From the NCBI RefSeq assembly GCF_021028975.2, contig NC_059425.1:19778001-19842000 (forward strand): a stretch of DNA of 64,000 bases. Reading direction: 5' to 3'. Below, in pieces: positions 12,626 through 25,152 of this stretch; within the stretch, counting starts at the first letter, position 1, and every line of letters begins with the position of its first letter. The DNA comes from Sphaerodactylus townsendi (taxonomy: Eukaryota). Under the pieces are notes generated by a model. That model made no database searches, was not told the origin of the DNA, and was given only the letters and a program-made list of their open reading frames with translations. The position numbers were made by a program, and so were the translations under genes.

Positions 12626-13844
12626 TAAGTGAACCAAATCCAGTTTAAAGAAGAGAAAATGAAAGCACTGTGTAGTTTGAACTCCTTTTGGTCATGGTTC
12701 GTTGCAGTGTGACACTGCTCTCTCCCTTTGCCTTTGTAAGTTGAAAGGTCTAATTGCTTTGTACTGGAAATGGAGTGGGGGACGACACCCAGTTCAGTTT
12801 TGAACTGCAAGCACAAAGGAAGTTTTTGACAATGTGGATAACCTTCGGAAAATAAGTCTACTGGATCAGACCAGCCTCTTGTAGTTCAGTGGCCAACAGC
12901 AACATACTTTAAAAAGTTCACAAGCAGGGCCTGAAGATCGGAGCTCACCCACACTGCTTGGCTCCAGGCAACTAACGTATGGACAGCTACTGTTTCTGAC
13001 CATGGAGGTTCTGTCTCGCCACCATGAATCATACTGTTTTTAAGCCATTTGAGTCCGGCTTTCATTCTCAGGCAATGAAGTGCTCTTCAGTTTTATTGGG
13101 TGATTCTAGTAGAAGAGACAGAAGAGGAAAAAACAAGAGGTATACCTGATAGTCTTCTGAAGTTCTAATACGCAAAAAAAAAATAACATGCTGCATTATT
13201 AAGTAAAAGATGCTTATGGTTTACATTTATATTGTAAGCACAATACACAGAGATAAGAACACACAACAGGAGACAGAGTGGCAAGACCCACTTGGTGATT
13301 TATTTATTTTTTTACTTGAGACAGTGAGTCTTTGGCAGTGAGGCCGCTGAGAGTTAACAGGCTGGAGGAATATACAACACATGTTGGGACAGTTACGGAG
13401 TCCTGGTGGGGAGAGCTGGAAATTGGCAGTGATGGCTCTGGATTGGCAGGCTTGAGAATCTGAAGCACAAAGATGGTGAAGAGCTGAGGGAAAAAAGGAG
13501 TTCAAATTCCCAGCTATGCCAGCTGTACAGGAGGACCCATTGGCCAAGCTCTTGCCTCCCTTCCTCCTTTTGTAACATGAAAACACTAGAATATGGGTAG
13601 TGCTGGGATGAGCTGGATGCAGCCCCGACGGAGACGGAGTCTGTGATAACATCAGTACATTAGTCCTTCCTACACTTCATATGCCAAAAAGGATCACCCA
13701 GCCCACTTTAGCCAATGTTTCCCTGCCCACACTACAGGAGTGAAAGATGTCACCAGGCCCAGGCAAGGGGCTTTCTCAGAGCTGTGCACAGAGATGTAAA
13801 ATTTCAGGAAATGTTGAAATTACAGGGAAAAAACTGATTATAAA

Positions 13845-14140
13845 AAAGGTTGATTTTTAATACCCTAATTTTTCCAACCAAAAGGAGCCTCAACGCGGCT
13901 TACAAACTCCTTAATTCCTTTCCTTCTCGTCCCCACAACAGGCACCTTGTGAGGTAGGCGGGGCCGAGAGAGTTCTGAGAGAACTGTGACTGGCCCAAGG
14001 TCACCCAGAAAGCTTCATGTGGAGGAGCGGAGAAAACAAACCTAGTTTACCAGATTAAAATCTACCACTCGTGTGAAGGAGTGAGGAATCAAACCCTGTT
14101 CTTTAGATTAGAGTCCTCCACTCTTAATTGCTACACCACA
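13845..14140 (-). mobile_element. Squam3-like SINE
   Basis: Reverse-complement copy (GTGACTGGCCCAAGGTCACCCAG ... CTACACCAC). Confidence 0.7.
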
Positions 14141-15520
14141 TTGCGGAGGGAGGTGAGGAAAAAATTGGAAAAATTTGAAGTACTTACTTTCATATCAAAC
14201 CTAACCCTATTTTACCGATTTAACAACACAAAATGCATAATCTGTCTTAGTTAACATACAAAATGTTACCATTTAGCATATTAGGGAATTTACATGTAGA
14301 AATTTCTTATTTTTTTGTAAGAAAAATTGTAAGCGTACCCAATATTTGAGAATGTTTTGCAAGCTGCTGCCCTTGTGCTACCACAGAACGAATATATTTA
14401 AAATTTGCCACCTGACAGGTAGGAAAAAATAAAATTTGAAGATAAAAACAAACTCTGTAGTAAATAGAAGAATGCATGTTAATTGGATTGAAACTTTCAT
14501 CCTGTTTTGATATGTAGAACTACAGTATATTTGTGTATTAAGTTAAACTCTAGAACATCAAGAACGCCAAGTTCTTGAGAAAGTTCTCAGATGTTTTTCA
14601 TGCTGTAAATTTGGAATGACTGAAATGCTTTGTAAGATTGTTCTCCTTCAAAAACAGAAAATATTTCATAAGGTGTTTTTTTTAAGTACTTCCCAAATTT
14701 CCCTTTGGAAAACCAGAAATCCATGGATTTTTTTCCCCATGCTGTTACATTTTGAGTACAAAAACCCCTTACCTCAAGAAGTATTTTACTCATTCTAAAA
14801 ATAGAAAATATTTCTTAGATTTTTATTTCCAGTTTCACGAAAATTTCTCAATCTTTCTGTTGGATAATTAGGGGGGGAAATCCTATGGAAACAACAGAGA
14901 AAAATACTTCCCCTTACATTTTCCTTTTTTCCCCCTGGGCCTTCACACCTCTTGGGGTGCTGTTCCCCCTTTGTGACATATTCTGAACAATCTGAACAAA
15001 CTACAAAGGGTTTTTTAAGTGAAATTGCAACCCCTACAAACTGCCATCATTAAAAAGCTTCCACGCCCTCTTTTGAGCAAAAACGAAGCCAGGATCACAT
15101 GTCTGGTGCAGCAAGAGATCTCCTTCCTCTTCCAGTCTCACGTTTCCTAAAGCCACTTGGTTTGCATATAAACAGATATGGAAAAAATCTTTCCAAGATA
15201 CTAACGGTTCCTACTGTGTGGCTTCTTCTGGACCATGTGCAGGATCCAAAGCCGGGATCTCAACTGTGTTGACCAAAAAACTGCCCTGTGGAAAAAACAA
15301 CACCAAATATTTGAGGCAAAAAGATGGAGCTACACTGAGAGACAGGGTAAGAAGGCTAAATCAAGAACAATACGAAGCAGTCAGTGAAAGGAGGCTTCTT
15401 TGTCACTTAGCTACAGATACTGTGGCTTTTTGCACAAAGTTCAAAAACGAGAAAAATTTTGGCCTTTGTACTGCGGAGCAATTGAGTGGAACTGCAGACT
15501 CCGGCCCAGATGTGGGCACC

Positions 15521-16900
15521 CTACAAGGGATTCTCCACATCCTGTTTGCAACGTTTAGCTGCCAGGTCTGCGTTGTGCGCCTTGCGGATGTGCCGGTAGA
15601 GGTCTCCGGACTGGGTGTAGCTCCGCATGCAATAGCGGCATTCATAGGGGCGCTCCCGGGTGTGGACTGTGGCATGGCGCCGGAGCGTGTAGGAGCACGA
15701 GAAGGTCTTTCCACATGTCTTACAAGTGGGCATGTCCTCTGTGAAGATGCCAAAGTTAGGGTGAACCTCGTAGTCCTGCAGATACATCTGTTCATGCAAT
15801 GATGGAATTGTCATGTTAGAGAAGCTTTGTCCACTGGGCACAGGGATCATGTGATAGGGAACAGGCTCCTGAGTCAGGAAGTTGCCTTCTGAAGATACCT
15901 CCTCCAGCCCACCAGGCTCCGGAAAGCTATCCAAGTGGCGGCTGCAGCCTCCAGCTGACCCTCCTTCCGCACTTTCCAGCCCCATCTCCAGGTTCTGGCC
16001 CTCTAGCTGCTCAGCCGTATCTGGTTCCTCATCAGAGATCACAATGGCTTCCATTTTGACTTTGACGGAGGACCTGTTTGGTTCCTTTTGGCAGAATACA
16101 CGGATGCTGCCTTCCCGCTGTTCCGCATACTTCTCCGGAGCAGTGTCTATACTAGAAGGCCCCTCAGCAATGTTCCCCAGAGGAAAGCAGCTGTGTGAGA
16201 TAGTTTCAGTGGAACTGCTGGGGCTGGAGAGGGAGATGTCAACGATAGCTGGCTGGAGGGGTCTGGTTGGGGGAAGAGCCTGCGGGGAATCGCCTTCCAT
16301 GCCAGGCTGGGTGGTGTCCGCAGCATCCAGCGTGGAGGCCAGCGGTTTCTCAGAACCAGCTTTCTCGACTCCTTTCCATTCCTCTGCATTTTTCTTCTCT
16401 GCTTCACAAGGCTGCAGGGGTGCAGAGGGCAACAGCTGTGCCCTGGGGGCCTGCAGTTGGCACTTAGAAGTGCTGGGTAGAAGTTCTGAACTGGCCGGGG
16501 ACTCTTCTTCCTTTTTGGTGCTGTCTGCTTCAGCCATACCCCGGGCCTGCAGTTTCTTTTTACACACCTTCACAATGTCATTCATGTGCAGGTAACTGGC
16601 AGCAGCGAGAACGTCCTCCACCGGAGTATCGTTGAAGGAGAGACCACCTTGGTACATGAATTCCAGGAGCAGTTCAAACGCTGGGGGGGTGACAATCTCA
16701 TTGTTGATGCACACGAAGTCCCCCTTATCCAGCCCTTCCTTGTAGAACATGTGGAAAAAGGCACTGCACGAGGCCAGCACGGCTCGATGGGCCAGGAACT
16801 GGGTGCTGCCCACCAGCACTGTGCAATCGCAAAGGAAACCCTCGTGTTGCTGATTCCGCAGACTCTGCAACAGGTTCTTGCTGTGGTCGGGGAAATCCAT
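15521..16900 (-). CDS. ZBTB3: Zinc finger and BTB domain-containing protein 3, 459 aa, single coding exon
   Basis: BTB domain [46 protein letters not shown] and two C2H2 fingers ([43 protein letters not shown]) match ZBTB3. Acceptor AG at 16947-16946 lies upstream of the ATG. Confidence 0.95.
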   Translation of the reverse strand: MDFPDHSKNLLQSLRNQQHEGFLCDCTVLVGSTQFLAHRAVLASCSAFFHMFYKEGLDKGDFVCINNEIVTPPAFELLLEFMYQGGLSFNDTPVEDVLAAASYLHMNDIVKVCKKKLQARGMAEADSTKKEEESPASSELLPSTSKCQLQAPRAQLLPSAPLQPCEAEKKNAEEWKGVEKAGSEKPLASTLDAADTTQPGMEGDSPQALPPTRPLQPAIVDISLSSPSSSTETISHSCFPLGNIAEGPSSIDTAPEKYAEQREGSIRVFCQKEPNRSSVKVKMEAIVISDEEPDTAEQLEGQNLEMGLESAEGGSAGGCSRHLDSFPEPGGLEEVSSEGNFLTQEPVPYHMIPVPSGQSFSNMTIPSLHEQMYLQDYEVHPNFGIFTEDMPTCKTCGKTFSCSYTLRRHATVHTRERPYECRYCMRSYTQSGDLYRHIRKAHNADLAAKRCKQDVENPL

Positions 16901-18118
16901 CCTGGTGGGGTACCTTTTTCAGGACTGTGTTAGAGCCCTTACAGCCTTGGGATGCAAGAAAAAGAAGAGGGGGACAGAATAACTTTATGGGAAGGGCTAG
17001 GAAAGGTTGAGTTTTCAACTTCTGGGTCACATTCTGAATCCTAGTTGAGGTGAACTGTTGGCTTATATAGTTCATTGGGTCCAAATTATCTCATCTAACT
17101 GGCAGAAGGTCTCCAGGGTCTGAGATAAAAAGGAATTTTTTTTCCAGTCAGGCTCCCAGAGATGCTTTGAAATGACCTGGGACCTTTGTGGGGTAGCACC
17201 TCACCTCTGCTGTCTGGGGGTCTACTATCTACCCTCAAGCAACCAACCTTTGCCATTTGAGGGTCAGAAAAATGGGACTCAAAAGTCTCCTGCTGGTTTT
17301 GACTACAATTGTACATCTCTTTCATTTGGATTACTATACCATCCCTGACCCAACAGATATCAAGAGAGACAGGCTGATGCCAAGACCTTTCTCCTCCCCA
17401 ATCCCCCCACAAATCTCACCCCAAATGACCACCATAACGTGGGCACCCTTCCAAAATATCCCAAGCGATGCCAATAGCTAAATGTGAGCCTGACTTTGAT
17501 ATTTTACAAATACATGCTGTGGACTCTCTCCATCTTGATTTTGAGTTTCAGATATGCGGGGACTCCCTCCGCAAATACTTTTATCAAAAGCCCTCCTCCA
17601 TTGACAATTCAATTAATGGTGCCCCAAACAAGAATGCCCCTTGCTCTAAGCTCCATTCACTAGGCTCTTCCTCATTGTCCAACACCTCCGTCCTTTAAAA
17701 CTGCCTCTGAAATTAATTGCCTTCAGCATATTTTCTTCTCTGACCTCAAATAATATCTGTTCCATCCCTCCTCCTCCACCCCCATAAGTAATCCACCATC
17801 CTGGGTGCATGTTTACCTCCCTCCAATTTGCATCTTTTCTCTGCTTCTTCCCATTATACCTGCCCCTATAAGGACCCCCTTCCCAAACACCGACTCCCCC
17901 CTAGATCACCTCTCCCCCACCCTGACCCCCGCACACTTCATGGCCTCCCCAGGCCCCGCCCCCAATGGGAAGGGGGATCTCATGCATATAATATCCCTTT
18001 GGCAATGCAACATATATATCATAAATGAAGCCATATCATATATCTTTCTCTCCTCCCCCCCCCCCACCCCCGGTGTGCATTGGGCGGTGTTGGAGCCCCT
18101 TCTTTTCCCCCCACTTAC

Positions 18119-18560
18119 CCACCACAAAGCAGAGGCCTCCGGGCGCCCGCCCCCTCCTCTTGATTGGCTGCTCTTCTCTGTCAGTTCCCTCCCGCGCCTT
18201 CGAAAGGCGTGGCTTTGCAGTGCCCATCTGTCACTCTCCTACCGACTGGCTCTCTGCCTGCCCGCCCACTCGCGACGTTCATTGGGTCGCTGTGTTCGTC
18301 CGTAGTCGCGCTCGCCCAATCGTTATTCCAAAGGGTTTGAATGAGGTTGCCTTCAAAACAGAGAAAGGGGAGATAGTGGGAGGGCGGGTCTTTTGCCGTC
18401 CAAATATATCCTCCCATTGGCCTACCCGATCTCTGTCAATCTCGAACGGCTCCAAATCTTTTGATTGGAGGAGCTACGTAACGGTAACGTCTCCCGAGAC
18501 TGAACTGTCTGTTTACGCCTGCGTTGATTGAGGGAACTCTCCTTGAAGCGATCCGTAGGA
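18119..18560 (-). promoter_or_regulatory. ZBTB3 promoter and non-coding first exon
   Basis: CpG-rich, with several CCAAT/ATTGG boxes (about 18164, 18281, 18316, 18416, 18464) and a GC box. Minus-strand donor G|GTAAGT at 18119/18118. Confidence 0.7.
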
Positions 18561-18894
18561 AGATTTGGTTTCTATAGTTACTGGGAGTTGTGGGAAGGGA
18601 GGGGGGATCTAGTCAAGTCGTATTTTCACTTATGTGATTACCTATACTTACGCATTGCTAATATAACGTATATCTGAGTAGAAAAAAAACTCATACGTAC
18701 ATCTATGATCATTTTAAAATATATTTCATTTTATTTAGTAAATTTCTATTCCATCTTTCAAATACATCCCAGGACAGGTTACCTAATACAAGCATGCCTC
18801 CCCCATAACCCGTTACCATAAAAACGTCATCATAAACAAATATAAATTATCTCCTAAAAAATACCTAAAAACAAACCAATATGCAAAAACCCAC

Positions 18895-18934
<40 letters not shown>
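18895..18934. repeat. (GATT)n microsatellite
   Basis: About 10 tandem ATTG units. Confidence 0.95.
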
Positions 18935-18935
<1 letters not shown>

Positions 18936-20536
18936 CCACCCTCCTCCTCCTCCTGCCTAACCCCTAGGCACAGGTGGAGGGTAGGTTCCAAAAAAAGCCA
19001 GTGGCCTGGGAGTAGATGGCATGAATCAGTGAAATATATACAGAGATATATTTGTAATACATTTTTTATCCCAACCAGGATACTACAAATTATTTTCTCT
19101 TCCTCTATTTTATATGCACAACAGCCCTCTGAGGTAGGACAGGCTGTGGAAGTGCTAGGTCCAAGGTCACCCAGCAAGTTTTCATGACACACCAGAATTC
19201 TAGTCTGGCACCCTGACTGCTACGTTACAGTGCCTTTTCATATTACAATATGTTACTATAATATGGTCATTATTTATAATATACAAGAAAGCCAGCCTCT
19301 CCCTGATTCATACCAAGTTATATACGCAGCTCATGCTAAAGCGTGACAGAATGTCAGGAAAACAATGCAATGCAAGAAACTGAGTTAGATGCAGATGAGG
19401 CAATCAGAGCAAGAGCTAGTTTTCCTTTCTAGTTGGACTGCCCAGTTTCCAGATTGAGCTTCAAAACAATGAAGGAGAATCAGATATTTATTTGTAATGG
19501 GCTGTTGTTTTGCGAGCCCAGTTATTTTCTTTGGACTGCCTATGATGCTAGCATCACAAATGTATACATTGAATACAATCTTATTTTTAAGTTCAGAAGC
19601 TTTTATCTCCTCATGACAACATCAGGGTCAGGCCTTGGCCATTATGCCCCGTTGGTTGGGTACGGTGTGAAAAGGATGCCCAACTAGATGGACTTTGGGC
19701 CTTGGGTTACCAATTTCCAGTGGCTGGAGATTTCTGGCTATTACAACTGATCTCCAGGTCAGTCCTCCTGGAGAAAACAGCCACTTTTAAAGGTGGACTC
19801 TATGGCATTATACCCCATTAAAGTCCCTCCCCTTCCCAAACCCCATACTCCTCAGGCTCCACCTCCAGAATCTCCTAATTTTTCAGCCTGGAGCTGGCAA
19901 CCCTGATGGTCTGATGTTCTTATGGACAATTTCCTTAAATGAACAAGCCATTCCTTTGACCCTTTGAGTCTTCTGCTTAGGAATGCGACCAGTAACTCCA
20001 TTTTGGGACATTCCTGTAGATTTGAGGGCAGAGCCTGGAAAGTGAGTGCTCAACAGGGATGTGATGATGCCTTAGAAGCCACCCTCTGAAGAAGCCATTT
20101 TCTCCAGGTGAACTGGTCTTGGTAGCCTGGAGAGCAGTTAAAATTCCAGAAGAACTGCAGTCCCTACCTGAAGGTTCTACAGAAACCACTCTGCACCAAT
20201 AGCTTTAGGTTAAGGTAACCGGTTTAGTTTTCAAATGTTTGATATATGCAATTCAAAATTAACAATGGTTTTTGTTTTGTTTGTTCCTCACGTTCCAATC
20301 AGACATATGGGAGTACAGGAAAAAAACTCTTTCATATTCATGTCATTTTTCAAAGAATGTAAATTTCAATATAAATGCTTCCTCTCCCTTTCCAATAACC
20401 GTACACAAAAAGTGAAGAAATCCTAAAGAAAGAATTTCTTTGTGAGCTTACCTCTTCTAAGCCCACCTTTAGGAAATCAAATAAGTCACAAAGTTAAATG
20501 AAGCCATTCGGCGTAGCTATGACCTCACCTCTTACA

Positions 20537-20656
20537 TTGTCATGTCTGCATAGGAGCTTCAAACCACTTACTTAGTTAAAGCTCTTCTGTGTGCTGTTGT
20601 CACGTCTGCATAGGAGCTTCAAACCACTTACTTAGTTAAAGCTCTTCTGTGTGCTG
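20537..20656. repeat. 60-bp tandem duplication
   Basis: TTGTCA(T/C)GTCTGCATAGGAGC...CTGTGTGCTG present twice with 1 mismatch. Confidence 0.9.
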
Positions 20657-20959
20657 TACCACTGTACCACTGTGTGCTGTACCACTTTCTCAGCCACTAA
20701 AGCCTTACGCTCCTGCTTTTCTAAACCAAACAGTAAATCAATAAGTTATCCATATAAGAAATGTCAATTTTTCAATACAATATAACATAACCTTAGAAAA
20801 TCCACCAGCCTTACAGTCCAAAGCATGCTGGGACAGGCTTCTGACATTTGTTCTCAGGCTGTGCTATTGTCCTTTGCTGTAAACAACGTTGCCGTTAGGC
20901 ACTCCCAATTTAAAGGGAAAGTCCATATAATGGAAACATCTGTTACTATCCTAAACAAA

Positions 20960-21290
20960 GGCAGCCAAATCCATACTATGGTTTAACCCTCAGGGTTGTG
21001 CTGTTCCAAGCTGAAACACATATTTCACCTCCAATTGCCTCAATCTTTGTTTGATGTGTATTTGAGTGAACTTAAAATAATCTGGTACATGCTTCTGTTG
21101 TAGAAAATATTCTACCAGTGGTGCCTCAGAAACCTTATTCTTGATTCTTGGCATGTGTTCAAGCATTCTCCTTGCATTCCTTGACACGTGTTCAAGCAAC
21201 ACGTAATTTTCTTGAGGTTTCCTGCATGTACAACTTTTCACGTTCACATTTCAGAAGATACACCACATTAGATGTGTTACAATTAGAGAG
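20960..21290 (-). mobile_element. Penelope-like element, GIY-YIG endonuclease C-terminal fragment
   Basis: RRMLEHMPRIKNKVSEAPLVEYFLQQKH...LRQLEVKYVFQLGTAQP*GLN resembles the end of a Penelope ORF. Confidence 0.65.
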
Positions 21291-21308
21291 CAAATTAAGC
21301 GATTTAGG

Positions 21309-21700
21309 CAGTACTGGGATCCAAAAATTTTAGTAACAGGTTCCCATGGTGGTGGGATTCAAACTGTGGCGTAGCGCCAATGGGGCTGGGCGGGGCATGA
21401 CGGGGCGGGGGCAGGGCATTTCAGGGGCGGGGCATTCCTGGGCGGGGCTGTGGCAAGGACGCAGCCGCTGCGCCGGTCCTTGGGTGGGAAATGAATGCAC
21501 GCAGGCACAGGCTGCCACACACGCCGATGCACCTCCTGCTAGACTGCTTCAAGTTCTGTGCGCTACTGCTGAGAGGAGGGGCGTAACTAAGGCAAAAATC
21601 ACGTGGCAAAATCACCAATTAGCAACCCCCTCTCGGCACACACAAATAATTAGTAACCTACTCTCGGGAACCTGTGAGAACCTGCTGGATTCCACCTCTG
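21309..21700. mobile_element. Non-autonomous hAT element
   Basis: Same family as 11628-12018; TSD GATTTAGG. Confidence 0.88.
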
Positions 21701-21865
21701 GATTTAGGCCACCCCCTAAATTCAATTTTAATTTCTTTGCCTTCCCAGACCATTTTGCAGGTGGCACCCCCTGCCCCAATCTGTGATGCCCAACTAATAC
21801 TGAACTGCCGCATGTAACTGTTATGAGATCTGTCCTAACAATATGACTCCCGGCCTATTGTCTTC

Positions 21866-22101
21866 AGCTTGTTTGGAGGTTGTAGCAGGGGAGCGCAGCT
21901 ATCGTATACCCTTGACCAAAGAACGGTACACTCGTTCTATCTGGGATGGTCGTCCTCTCCCACCGAGCATGCAGCTTCGGGAGGGACACACATGAAGCGG
22001 CGAGGGAGGTAGGGGTCACCCCCCTAGCCAGCCAGATCATCCAAATCAACCCTGGCGATCAACGGGGTGACAGATGTTGCAGCCAGATCGCCCTCTCGTC
22101 C
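21866..22101 (-). pseudogene. RN7SK: 7SK snRNA retrocopy, nt 1 to about 235, 3'-truncated
   Basis: Minus strand reads GGACGAGAGGGCGATCTGGCTGCAACATCTGTCACCCCGTTGATCGCCAGGGTTGAT...GGTCAAGGGTATACGATAGCTGCGCTCCCCTGCTACAACCTCCAAACAAGCT, colinear with vertebrate 7SK. Flanked by the imperfect direct repeat GACTCC..CTATTGTCTT. Confidence 0.92.
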
Positions 22102-22734
22102 AGACTCCCTATTGTCTTAGTCTTCCTTAAACCTAATAATGGTGGGAGTTGGCAACCTCCTTCCTGGAAGTTGGCAAGCCTAACTTCTGGTGAATCACAG
22201 TAACTATACGGGAGATTTGCTTCAGGGTTACTTAGGGAAAAGAGTGCCAATGACCTTAAAGAATCCACCTTGACCCAGGTGGAATTGCAGCTTGGCAGAA
22301 CTGAGTAGGGCAAACAGATAAAGTGTGGCGTTCATCTGCTTTTAGGCCAACAGCCACCATGCTCTTCTATTTTAAAAATTCCACACACAACCTTTTTGAA
22401 TTCTTAAAAAGTCTATTCTTTAAAAACGTCTATTCTTTAAAAACAGAAACTCTCACCACAAAATTCAAGTTTCCATGATTAAAAAAGCATATTGAATTAG
22501 TGGTTCAAACAGAGCACAGGAATTGCTGTCTGCCCCCCCCCCCCCGATTTAGTGAGAATGTAGTGCTTTCCAAATGGTAAGATCTTTCCTTTCCATTTTA
22601 GATACGTGGTTATGTATGATATTTATACATCGGTTTTGACACAAGTGTTCTTGAAACAGCTTATGCTCCGCCCCCTCTGATAGTCTTCATTGAGAATTGA
22701 GTTGGGGGCTGTCATCTGGAGGACAGTTGGATAG

Positions 22735-23170
22735 TACCTGCTTAGAGACCAACAAGATTTTGAGTGTATAAGCTTCGGAGAAATCAACGCTCCCTTCATC
22801 AGATACAGATTGGAATGGAGATCTCACAGTCTTTGTATCTCAATCAAAAGGCGGGAGGTGTAAAGAAGGAACCTACAATGTAAAGATACAATGAACATTG
22901 TAATTAGGTTGATTACAGCAGAGAGGAAATGCTCAGGGCCAGAACATCGGCATCTTCAATGACTTAAGAATCTTATATCCCTATTTAGGCCGGGGCGGGG
23001 GGGGGGGGGGGGCCTGATGTCCTGAACTTGTGAATGAACTCAAGTTCAGCAATCTTGCACTGAAATCTCCTCTTGAAGCCTCTCTGTTTGAGGACAGCCA
23101 CTCTTAGGTCAGCAGTGGAATGACCTGGGAGACTAAAGTATTCCCCCACTTTTTTTTCCAGTGGTGTGGG
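22735..23170 (-). mobile_element. Penelope-like element 3' end (GIY-YIG C-terminus plus degenerate hammerhead core)
   Basis: VGEYFSLPGHSTADLRVAVLKQRGFKRRFQCKIAELEFIHKFRT followed by CTGATGAAGGGAGC...CCGAAGCTT at 22802-22770. Confidence 0.75.
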
Positions 23171-23224
23171 TTTTTTAAATGTCAGATTTATGTCCACATT
23201 CCGGAGGTTGGTGGCTGCTGCTTC

Positions 23225-23432
23225 CCCTCCCTCTCCTCCCTTACATGCCACCCCTCACTCTCTCCCCTCCCTCACTCCTCTTCCCTTGCATGCCACCCCT
23301 CCCCCCTTCCTTCTTCCTCCGCTAGGGTGGGTGGGTCATGTCCAGATGCCGGGCCCCCTCCCTCCCCTCCCTTGCATGCCACCCCTCACTCTCTCCCCTC
23401 CCGCCCTCCTCTTCCCTTGCATGCCACCCCAT
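23225..23432. repeat. C-rich minisatellite
   Basis: CCTTGCATGCCACCCC(TCACTCTCTCCCCTCCC) repeated about 4 times. Confidence 0.8.
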
Positions 23433-23699
23433 GTTTAGGATCCTCCATGTTTGTTTTATGCTTGAGTGTTTTGTTTTTATATTTATTTATGATGTTTTAT
23501 TGTATTGTATTTGTTAGTAAACCGCCTTGACAGGATTCAGAATGGCAACAGTTAGGTGGTGGCTGCTGCCTCCCCTCCCTAAAATGTGCCTGTCAGTGGC
23601 AGCTACAGATTGGAGGGAGGGGGGTTCTCATCCGGCACAGCACAGAGCTGCCTGGTTGCGGCTCAAGGGCATCGCAAACCCTGAAGCCTGGTTTCACTG

Positions 23700-24060
23700 A
23701 CTGGCATTCTTGCTTGCTTTTTTTGCGACAGCAGCCGCTAGGCGGATGAAGCTTCAAAGCAGCCAGCCCAGCCAATTGCCAGCTGTGGTTTCAAATCCAT
23801 CCAGCAGGTTTGAACTGTTAACGTCTCTGCGTGGTCGGAGCGGAGCTGAAAAGTTTCAGTGGGAGTTCGGATCGGCCCTTTCTGGTGAGGGAGGGAGAGA
23901 GAGAGAGTGCTGCCGGTGGGCATCGCCAGGTGCCTTCCCTCCCACCCTGATGCAATATGAGGAAGAGAGAGCCTGTGAGAGGGAATACTCCTCTGAGAAG
24001 ATCTACCCGCCTGCAGCAAGAGAGAACAGAGGCAGAGGTGAGGACTGGCGGCGGGAAATA
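23700..24060 (+). promoter_or_regulatory. Candidate promoter / non-coding first exon of the PLD gene
   Basis: Local CpG enrichment, CCAAT at about 23772, donor-like CTG|GTGAGG at 23884/23885. The PLD ATG exon starts directly after an acceptor, so an upstream exon is required. Confidence 0.4.
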
Positions 24061-25014
24061 AACCTGCCATGGAGGGGGCATGGGTCAGCGGCACAGGATT
24101 GGCAGGCACAAGGTCCTAGTTTTGGTCTTGGGCAACCATGTAGGCTCCTGCAATGGGAAAACTGAGTAACAGGATCTCAGAGTACTCTTTTTCAAAGCAG
24201 CTTTGGGTTAGAGTAGATTGCTAGGGCTAAATGAAGCACGAGGCCGAGCTGGTGTAAAGCGGAGTTCTATAACAGCTAGACAGCTCCATCTGCAACACTT
24301 ATGAGCACGGATGGGAAAATAATATTACAAATATCCAACGACCATAATTACGATTCGGTGCAAGCGTCAGTCTTTTTTAAGGTGTGTGTATGACCGAGGA
24401 GCTTAATTTCCTGTATTTCTGGTCACTTTTGCATAGGGGAGATGTGAAATCTAAAGGCAGGTGACCAGCTAATTCCCTTTGCCAGCATTTTTTCCGCATT
24501 TGTGGGGCATGGGAAGCAGGAAACTTATCATATCTTGAGCATTTACAGTGTGTTAGACTGGCAACGTATGCCTTAATTCATTTTTGATGAAATTAAAGGT
24601 TTTTTTAATTTGAGGATAAACCACGGCGAAGGGCGAGTAGCTCAGATTTTGTCTTTGATCGCAGTACCTTTGTTCTTATCAGCCAGAACACCCGGAAGGC
24701 GGGAACAGCTTGAATAATTCTGAAGACGTTTGTCCACCTTCCTATTTTATTTTTTTATATATCATCCAAAGTAAGGAGGATAGAGACTTACTGCTTTAAT
24801 CAATGAAAGCTGCAGATTCAAAGAAGGAACCAAGGAAAAATTTGAGTGTGACGGGTTTTCATAGATTCCTGTATTTAGGACCTTAAAAAAAAGAAGAAAA
24901 AAACAGGCCTTTCACCAAACTAATAATATATTAAAGGCCTTAAACCTTGACATTTTAGGAAGCACTGAATCCTGTATTGCACACTTTGGACACATTTGAA
25001 GATTGTTGTTCATG

Positions 25015-25152
25015 GGGTGTTGCAGGCTGTATGGCTGTGTTCCAGTAGCATTTTCTCCTGACGTCAGGAGAAAATGCTACTGGAAAGCGGCCATGCAGCC
25101 CGGAAACCCCACAACACCCCAGTGATTCCGGCCGTGAAAACCTTCGACAATA
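25015..25152. mobile_element. Penelope-derived short palindromic element
   Basis: Hairpin TTCCAGTAGCATTTTCTCCTGAC-GTCAGGAGAAAATGCTACTGGAA with tail GTGATTCCGGCCGTGAAAACCTTCGACAATAC. Relatives at 48688-48870, 49451-49870, 57315-57562 and 62853-63100. Confidence 0.65.

Noticed and set aside
15218-16933. Long plus-strand ORFs (194, 237 and 115 aa)
   Set aside because: Mostly antisense shadows of the ZBTB3 CDS with no recognisable domain
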